In this document: in pieces, positions 58,697-64,000 of the stretch
Layout of the letters: every line of letters starts with the position of its first letter
How positions within the stretch are numbered: position 1 is the stretch's first letter
Assembly (NCBI GenBank): GCA_016176335.1
Contig: JACOXI010000003.1
Location: 194,477 to 258,476, forward strand
Length of the DNA stretch: 64,000 nt
Direction of reading: 5' to 3'
Source: Candidatus Daviesbacteria bacterium
GTDB taxonomy: Bacteria; Patescibacteriota; Microgenomatia; Daviesbacterales; UBA10151
The notes under the pieces: generated by a model
What the model was told of the DNA's origin: nothing
Databases searched by the model: none
What the model saw: only the letters and a program-made list of their open reading frames with translations
Made by a program: the position numbers and the translations under genes

Positions 58697-59230
58697 ATGG
58701 AAATAACAACTATTCAAAAATTTATACATACCAGTCCCAGGAAGTTAAGACTAGTGGCGGATATGGTGCGTAAAATGGCACCTTTCCGTGCAGTGGATGT
58801 TTTGAAGGTGACACCGAAGGCAGCTGCCAAAGACTTGGTGAAAGCAATAGAAACTGTTTTAGCAAATACCAAACAGAAAGGTCTGGACGTGGAAAAAGTA
58901 GTGTTTAAAAAAATTGAGATCAATGAGGGTACGAAGATGAAAAGATACAGAGCAGGGACAAGAGGCAGGACTAAGCCTTTCAAAAGAAGAATGGCACATA
59001 TAAAAATCGTTTTGACAGATGAGATAAATCTCAAATCTCAAATGTCCCGTCAAAGACGAGGCTCGCCTCTGGCGGTAAATGTCAAAACTGAAACTCAAAA
59101 CTTAAAACTTAAAAAAGAAAAAGGAGGTAAAAAGGCTAAGGTCGTAATGGACAATTCGGCAGAGAGTGCCAAGCAATTGTCTAAGATACGTACCGAATTA
59201 GTCCAAAACAAAGATGGGACAGAAAATTAA
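58697..59230 (+). CDS. rplV: 50S ribosomal protein L22 with a repeat-derived C-terminal extension
   Basis: SPRKLRLVADMVR, KRYRAGTRGR, AHIKIVL. Confidence 0.96.
   Translation: MEITTIQKFIHTSPRKLRLVADMVRKMAPFRAVDVLKVTPKAAAKDLVKAIETVLANTKQKGLDVEKVVFKKIEINEGTKMKRYRAGTRGRTKPFKRRMAHIKIVLTDEINLKSQMSRQRRGSPLAVNVKTETQNLKLKKEKGGKKAKVVMDNSAESAKQLSKIRTELVQNKDGTEN
59026..59114. repeat. 7-mer array interrupted by a 30-nt palindrome, in frame in rplV
   Basis: aaatctc aaatctc aaatgtc [ccgtcaaagacgaggctcgcctctggcggt] aaatgtc aaaactg aaactc aaaactt aaaactt. Confidence 0.85.
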
Positions 59231-59855
59231 TCCGGTCGGTTTTAGGATGGGTATTGCCACCAGTTGGAGGTCCCGTTGGTATGCACCCAATGGAAAATAT
59301 AAACAGTATGTTGCGGAAGATTTAAAGATCAGAAGTCTTTTGATGAAGAAATTAAAACCTGCAGGCATTCAAAATATTGAGATTGAGCGGGCAGTTAATA
59401 AATTAAAAGTGATTATTTTTGTATCAAGACCGGGAATTTTAATTGGAAGAGGGGGAAGCGGTTTGAGTGAACTGAAAAAGTTTTTATTAAAAGAGTTAAA
59501 GATTAAGGAAGAGGGAAGTCTGGAAATTGTGCCAATGGAGCTAAAATCTGCAGATCTTGTAGCTTTTCTAGTGGCGCAATCTATTGCAGAACAACTTATT
59601 AAAAGATTACCTGCGCAAAGGGTGATGAATCAGGCAATAGATCGGGTGATAAGATCCGGGGCAAAGGGTGTCAGAGTAGTGTTATCAGGAAGGATTGGCG
59701 GAGCAGAGATTGCCAGGCGTGAGTGGAAAGCATCCGGGACTATGCCCCTTCATACTTTAAGAGCTGATATAGATTTCGCCTCATATCCGGCATTAACCAA
59801 ATCAGGATATGTTGGAGTGAAAGTTTGGATCAACAGAGGAGAGGTAGAAATATAA
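59214..59855 (+). CDS. rpsC: 30S ribosomal protein S3
   Basis: [42 protein letters not shown]. Confidence 0.99.
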   Translation: MGQKINPVGFRMGIATSWRSRWYAPNGKYKQYVAEDLKIRSLLMKKLKPAGIQNIEIERAVNKLKVIIFVSRPGILIGRGGSGLSELKKFLLKELKIKEEGSLEIVPMELKSADLVAFLVAQSIAEQLIKRLPAQRVMNQAIDRVIRSGAKGVRVVLSGRIGGAEIARREWKASGTMPLHTLRADIDFASYPALTKSGYVGVKVWINRGEVEI

Positions 59856-60283
59856 TGGCACTTTTGCAACCAAAAAGAACAAAATATCGAAAAGCTTTCA
59901 GAGGAAAAAGAGGAGGAGTTGCCACCCGTGGCAACAGGCTGGCTTTTGGTACCTTCGGAATAAAGGCATTGGCATCCGGTTGGATCTCTGCAAGACAGCT
60001 TGAGGCAGCCCGTCGTGCCATGGCCCATTATACGCAGCGAGGCGGACGTATTTGGATTAGAGTTTTTCCCAATAAACCAATCACCAAACATCCGGCAGAG
60101 TCCAGAATGGGTTCAGGAAAAGGAGATGTAGAAGGGTATGTTGCTGTTGTAAAACCGGGACAACTTATTTTTGAGATGGGCGCTGTAACAGCAGATATTG
60201 CCGAGGAAGCTTTAAGATTGGCATCTCACAAGCTTCCTGTTGATACAAAGTTTGTGGAGAAAGGGGTAAAAAACGTGATATGA
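59855..60283 (+). CDS. rplP: 50S ribosomal protein L16
   Basis: [23 protein letters not shown]; start ATG 59855. Confidence 0.98.
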   Translation: MALLQPKRTKYRKAFRGKRGGVATRGNRLAFGTFGIKALASGWISARQLEAARRAMAHYTQRGGRIWIRVFPNKPITKHPAESRMGSGKGDVEGYVAVVKPGQLIFEMGAVTADIAEEALRLASHKLPVDTKFVEKGVKNVI

Positions 60284-60519
60284 AGAAAAATGATTTTATA
60301 CAAATTAAGGGATTGGATATTAAAGATTTGAAAGATAAAGCAAAAGCCCAAAGGAGTGAGATTGAGAAACTGACGATGGATAAAAATATGAAAAAATTAA
60401 AAGATATCAAACAAGTCAGCAAATCGAAAAAAGATTTGGCACAGGTTTTGACTGTCTTGAGGCAAAAAGAATTATTAAGTCAACTGGAATCTAAAGTCAA
60501 AGAGTCAGGAGCTAAATAA
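60280..60519 (+). CDS. rpmC: 50S ribosomal protein L29
   Basis: Position between rplP and rpsQ; [11 protein letters not shown]. Confidence 0.9.
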   Translation: MKKNDFIQIKGLDIKDLKDKAKAQRSEIEKLTMDKNMKKLKDIKQVSKSKKDLAQVLTVLRQKELLSQLESKVKESGAK

Positions 60520-60523
60520 TTTT

Positions 60524-60919
60524 ATGATCGGACGAGTTATTTCAACAAAGATGCAAAAAACTGCAGTAGTTGTTGTAGAAGGTAAAAAAATACACCCTTT
60601 ATACAAAAAGGCGTTTGTTAAAAGCAAAAAATATCTGGTTGATAATTCTTTTGGAGTGAAGGATGGAGATTTGGTGGAGATTAGTAAAGTTGCTCCTGTT
60701 TCCAAAAATAAACACTGGAGAGTGACAAAAGTTGTAGGTAAGAATTTGGAGGAAATTACCAAAGAGCACTTGCAGGCTGAAGCAGAAAAGATAGTTTCGG
60801 AAGTCATGCCGGGAGAGAAAGAGACTGAAGAGCTATCAGCTATCAGTCGTCAGACTAGGAAAAAAGTAAATAAGAAGCAGGAAATACCTAAGAAAGAAAA
60901 GGAGCAGTCTGATAGCTGA
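60524..60919 (+). CDS. rpsQ: 30S ribosomal protein S17 (C-terminal extension)
   Basis: GRVISTKMQKT, HPLYKK, PVSKNKHW. Confidence 0.96.
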   Translation: MIGRVISTKMQKTAVVVVEGKKIHPLYKKAFVKSKKYLVDNSFGVKDGDLVEISKVAPVSKNKHWRVTKVVGKNLEEITKEHLQAEAEKIVSEVMPGEKETEELSAISRQTRKKVNKKQEIPKKEKEQSDS

Positions 60920-60941
60920 AAGCTTTGGACTGAAGACTGAT
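60831..60941. repeat. Inverted 7-mer arrays spanning the rpsQ tail and stop
   Basis: gctatca gctatca gtcgtca gact ... agtc tgatagc tgaaagc tttggac tgaagac tga. Confidence 0.8.
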
Positions 60942-60943
60942 TT

Positions 60944-61312
60944 ATGGTACAACACAGAACCAGACTTAATGTTGCAGACAATAGCGGTGCAAAAGTTTTA
61001 CAGGTGATTCAGCCGCTAGGCGGTTCCGGCAAAAGAAAAGCAACTTTAGGCGAGACAGTTATTGGGGTAGTTAAAGGTGCTGATTCTAACGGTCAAGTAA
61101 AAAATCATGAGATTGTCAGAGTAGTTATTGTCAGGACCAGAAAAGAAGCCAGACGCGATGATGGTTCTTATATTAAATTTGATGATAATGCGGGAGTTGT
61201 CATAGATGCTGATGGAAATTTGAGGGCAACAAGAATTTTCGGGCCGATTGCAAGAGAAGTGAGAGAGGCGGGATTTACAAAAATTATATCGCTTGCCCAG
61301 GAGGTTTGGTAA
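60944..61312 (+). CDS. rplN: 50S ribosomal protein L14
   Basis: LNVADNSGAK, DGSYIKFDDNA, TRIFGP.ARE. Confidence 0.99.
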   Translation: MVQHRTRLNVADNSGAKVLQVIQPLGGSGKRKATLGETVIGVVKGADSNGQVKNHEIVRVVIVRTRKEARRDDGSYIKFDDNAGVVIDADGNLRATRIFGPIAREVREAGFTKIISLAQEVW

Positions 61313-61317
61313 GAATC

Positions 61318-61671
61318 ATGAAAAAGCTAGCTAGTCACAGTACAAAGATAAAAATTAAAAAGGGAGATAAAGTAAAAGTATTGCTTGGTAAAGACAGGGG
61401 TAAGGAAGGAGCGGTTGCTTATGTTTTGGCAGGTAAAGGAAGAGTATTTGTGGAAGGAGCCAATCTGTATAAGCGGAGCTTGCGGGCTGATGCTCTAAAA
61501 AGATATGGAGGACAAGATGCTAAAGGACAAATTATAGATATACCAAAATCTTTGGATATATCTAATGTTGGTTTGATTTGTCCAAGTTGTAAGAAAGTTA
61601 CAAGAGTGGGATACATGATTGGGAAAGAAGGAAAAATTAGAATCTGTAAAAAATGCAGAAAGGAAATATGA
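61318..61671 (+). CDS. rplX: 50S ribosomal protein L24
   Basis: IKKGDKVKVLLGKDRGKEG, ISNV, two CxxC. Confidence 0.96.
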   Translation: MKKLASHSTKIKIKKGDKVKVLLGKDRGKEGAVAYVLAGKGRVFVEGANLYKRSLRADALKRYGGQDAKGQIIDIPKSLDISNVGLICPSCKKVTRVGYMIGKEGKIRICKKCRKEI

Positions 61672-62207
61672 ACAGATTAAAGCAAAAATATATAGAAGAG
61701 ATACAGGTTAAGTTACAAGAGGAGCTGGGTGTAAAAAACAGACTGGCAGTTCCAGCCTTGAAAAAAATTATTATTAGTATGGGTTTGGGTGAGGCAAAAG
61801 AGCACAAGGATGTTTTGGATAAAGTAAAAGTTTATCTGACAGCATTGGCAGGACAAATCCCGGTCGTGACATATGCCAAAAAATCAATTGCATCGTTTAA
61901 AGTAACTCGCGGTCAACCGATTGGGATGATGGTAACTTTGAGAGGCATAAGAATGTACGCTTTCTTGGACAAACTAATTAATATAGTGCTGCCGAAAGTA
62001 AGAGATTTTAAAGGTATATCGCAAGAATCTTTTGATAATCACGGCAATTTAAATATCGGGATTGGGGAGCAAACTATCTTTCCGGAGGTTGATTACAAAA
62101 CCATTGATAAACAGAGAGGTTTGGCAGTAACCATCACCACAACCAGCAAAAGTCGCGAGGAAGGCAAGAAGCTTTTGGAGCTTTTAGGAATGCCTTTTAG
62201 AGGTTAA
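61668..62207 (+). CDS. rplE: 50S ribosomal protein L5
   Basis: KIIISMGLG, AKKSIASFK, LPKVRDFKG, EQTIFPE. Confidence 0.98.
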   Translation: MNRLKQKYIEEIQVKLQEELGVKNRLAVPALKKIIISMGLGEAKEHKDVLDKVKVYLTALAGQIPVVTYAKKSIASFKVTRGQPIGMMVTLRGIRMYAFLDKLINIVLPKVRDFKGISQESFDNHGNLNIGIGEQTIFPEVDYKTIDKQRGLAVTITTTSKSREEGKKLLELLGMPFRG

Positions 62208-62210
62208 GAT

Positions 62211-62390
62211 ATGGCAAAAGTATCAAACATTGTTAAAAAGAAATTTAAATATGAGGTGCAAAAACACAACCGATGTTTACGTTGTGGTAGGGCTCGAGGG
62301 TATTTGCGAAAGTTCGGGCTTTGCAGATTATGCTTTAGGGAACTTGCTCATTTAGGGCAGTTGCCTGGAGTAAAGAAAGCGAGTTGGTAA
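62211..62390 (+). CDS. rpsN: 30S ribosomal protein S14, zinc-binding type (59 aa, not in ORF track)
   Basis: Hand translation MAKVS...[39 protein letters not shown]. Confidence 0.96.
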   Translation: MAKVSNIVKKKFKYEVQKHNRCLRCGRARGYLRKFGLCRLCFRELAHLGQLPGVKKASW

Positions 62391-62391
62391 T

Positions 62392-62766
62392 ATGGATCCG
62401 ATAGCAGATGCATTAATAAGAATTAAAAATGGTTATTTGGCCGGTAGTCAGTTGGTCACCATTAAGTATTCAAAAATAGTTTTACATATTCTCAAATTAC
62501 TTGAAAAAGAAGGATATGTGGACAAAGTATCTTCTAAAAAGACTACTATTATTGTTGGACTAAAGTACGAAAACAGAATACCGGCCATAACCGAGATCGA
62601 AAGAGTATCAAAGCCTTCACTCCGAATTTATAAAGGCGTTAAGCAGTTACCGCGTGTTTTAAATGGTTTGGGAATTGCAATAGTTTCCACCCCAAAAGGT
62701 GTGATGACCGACAAAAATGCCAGAAAACAACAAGTAGGAGGCGAGGTATTAGCCCTCGTTTGGTAA
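62392..62766 (+). CDS. rpsH: 30S ribosomal protein S8
   Basis: DPIADALIRIKN, VSKPSLRIY, STPKGVMT, GGEVL. Confidence 0.98.
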   Translation: MDPIADALIRIKNGYLAGSQLVTIKYSKIVLHILKLLEKEGYVDKVSSKKTTIIVGLKYENRIPAITEIERVSKPSLRIYKGVKQLPRVLNGLGIAIVSTPKGVMTDKNARKQQVGGEVLALVW

Positions 62767-62768
62767 AT

Positions 62769-63341
62769 ATGTCAAGAATTGGCGATGCACCGGTTTTAAT
62801 AGTTTCTAAAGTTACGGTTGAAAAAACAGGAAAGACCTTATCTGTTAGCGGGCCAAAAGGTAATTTAAAAATTGAGGTCCCTCCCGCCATTACTGTGGAG
62901 ATTGAAAAGGACCAAGTGATTGTTAAAAGAAAGAGTGAACAAAAAAATATTAAAGCCTTACACGGTTTAACCAGGAGTTTGATTGCAAATATGGTCAAAG
63001 GGGTAACAGATGGTTGGAGTAAAAACTTGGAGCTTGTGGGAGTTGGTTTTAGGGCGCAGAGTGCAGGGAATGAGTTGATACTAAATGTCGGGTATTCGCA
63101 TCCGGTTAATTTGACGGCACCGCAGGGCATAACATTTGAGGTATCGGAAAATACAAAAATTAAAGTATCAGGAATTGATAAACAATTGGTCGGGCAAGTT
63201 GCAGCCAACATCAGAAAAGTAAGAACACCGGATGTTTACAAGGGGAAAGGAATCAGATATGAAGGTGAGTATGTTAGAAAGAAGTTGGGGAAAACAGGTA
63301 AGATAGGAGCTGCTGTCGGAGGAACAGGAGGTAAGTCGTGA
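62769..63341 (+). CDS. rplF: 50S ribosomal protein L6
   Basis: [28 protein letters not shown]. Confidence 0.98.
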   Translation: MSRIGDAPVLIVSKVTVEKTGKTLSVSGPKGNLKIEVPPAITVEIEKDQVIVKRKSEQKNIKALHGLTRSLIANMVKGVTDGWSKNLELVGVGFRAQSAGNELILNVGYSHPVNLTAPQGITFEVSENTKIKVSGIDKQLVGQVAANIRKVRTPDVYKGKGIRYEGEYVRKKLGKTGKIGAAVGGTGGKS

Positions 63342-63664
63342 ACCAAAGAAAAAAAAGACACATAAGAGTGAGGAAATATTTAAGCGGTACGAAGGAGCGA
63401 CCGAGACTGGCAGTTTTTCGTTCCAGCAAACACATTTATGCTCAAATTATTGATGATAGTTTGGGTAAAACTATAGTTTCTGCATCAGATGTAAAAATAA
63501 GCGGTACTAAAAAGGAAAAAGCCTACAAAACAGGCAAACAATTGGCAGAAAAAGCTTTAAAAAGTAAGATTACCAATATTGTATTTGACAGGGGAGGATT
63601 TTTGTATCATGGTAGAGTGGCGGAAGTTGCAAAAGGTGCAAGAGAAGGAGGATTAAAGTTTTAA
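63338..63664 (+). CDS. rplR: 50S ribosomal protein L18
   Basis: [32 protein letters not shown]. Confidence 0.98.
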   Translation: MNQRKKRHIRVRKYLSGTKERPRLAVFRSSKHIYAQIIDDSLGKTIVSASDVKISGTKKEKAYKTGKQLAEKALKSKITNIVFDRGGFLYHGRVAEVAKGAREGGLKF

Positions 63665-63667
63665 GAT

Positions 63668-64000
63668 ATGAATCCACAACAAACAGAAAACGAATATTTT
63701 GAAAGAGTAGTGCAGGTAAATAGAGTCTCTAAAAAAACTAAGGGTGGGGATAAAAGATCGCTGTCGGTTTTAGTGGTTGTTGGTGATAGAAAGGGGCAGG
63801 TGGGAGTTGGTTTAGGCAAGGCAACCGAAGTTCAAGCAGCGATCAGAAAAGCCACCACCTATGCCAAAAAGCATATGATCAAAGTTTCTTTAAACGGTAG
63901 GACTATACCGCATTCAATTTTGCTTAAAAAAGGCGCTGCACAAGTGCTTTTAAAACCCGCCCCAGTTGGTAGCGGTGTTATTGCAGGGGGAGCAGTCAGA
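63668..64000 (+). CDS. rpsE: 30S ribosomal protein S5, partial (runs off window end)
   Basis: Hand translation: [16 protein letters not shown]...[16 protein letters not shown]...[15 protein letters not shown]. Confidence 0.97.
   Translation, partial: MNPQQTENEYFERVVQVNRVSKKTKGGDKRSLSVLVVVGDRKGQVGVGLGKATEVQAAIRKATTYAKKHMIKVSLNGRTIPHSILLKKGAAQVLLKPAPVGSGVIAGGAVR

Noticed and set aside
1-64000. rRNA, tRNA, tmRNA, self-splicing introns, IS transposases, diversity-generating retroelement
   Set aside because: No recognisable signatures by eye and intergenic gaps are short; a tRNAscan/Infernal run would be needed to exclude small RNAs formally

Overview
Core-genome window of a small-genome monoderm bacterium using genetic code 11 (TGA is used as stop). 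Gene content and protein style point to Patescibacteria/CPR, most likely Microgenomates; this is an inference. Housekeeping blocks: rpsT, murJ, lepA; CIRCE-hrcA-grpE-dnaK-dnaJ; nusA-infB-(degenerate DHH)-rpsO-pnp-(Lon AAA only)-rnj-ftsK; alaS-(baseplate-J-like membrane protein)-sortase-ruvX-mltG; rpoBC; the str, S10 and spc ribosomal clusters. No rRNA, tRNA, CRISPR array, IS transposase or prophage was recognised. The most striking signal is two kinds of small DNA elements scattered through the window, including in-frame inside essential genes. The first is 20-35 nt REP/RPE-like hairpins (in grpE three times, dnaK, dnaJ twice, nusA twice, infB, fusA, rplV and several intergenic sites); two members of one family bracket a small GIY-YIG nuclease gene as inverted termini between rpsJ and rplC, a candidate mobiliser. 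The second is degenerate 7-mer (some 9-mer) tandem arrays, often as inverted pairs, including an identical 24-mer in dnaK and infB. Also notable: a CapRel-like fused toxSAS plus a Phd-RelE pair between fusA and tuf, a GreA N-terminal-only miniprotein, a pilin fused to a 300-aa unknown domain, and many apparently leaderless promoters. All calls were made by eye from motifs and gene order; no database searches were run.
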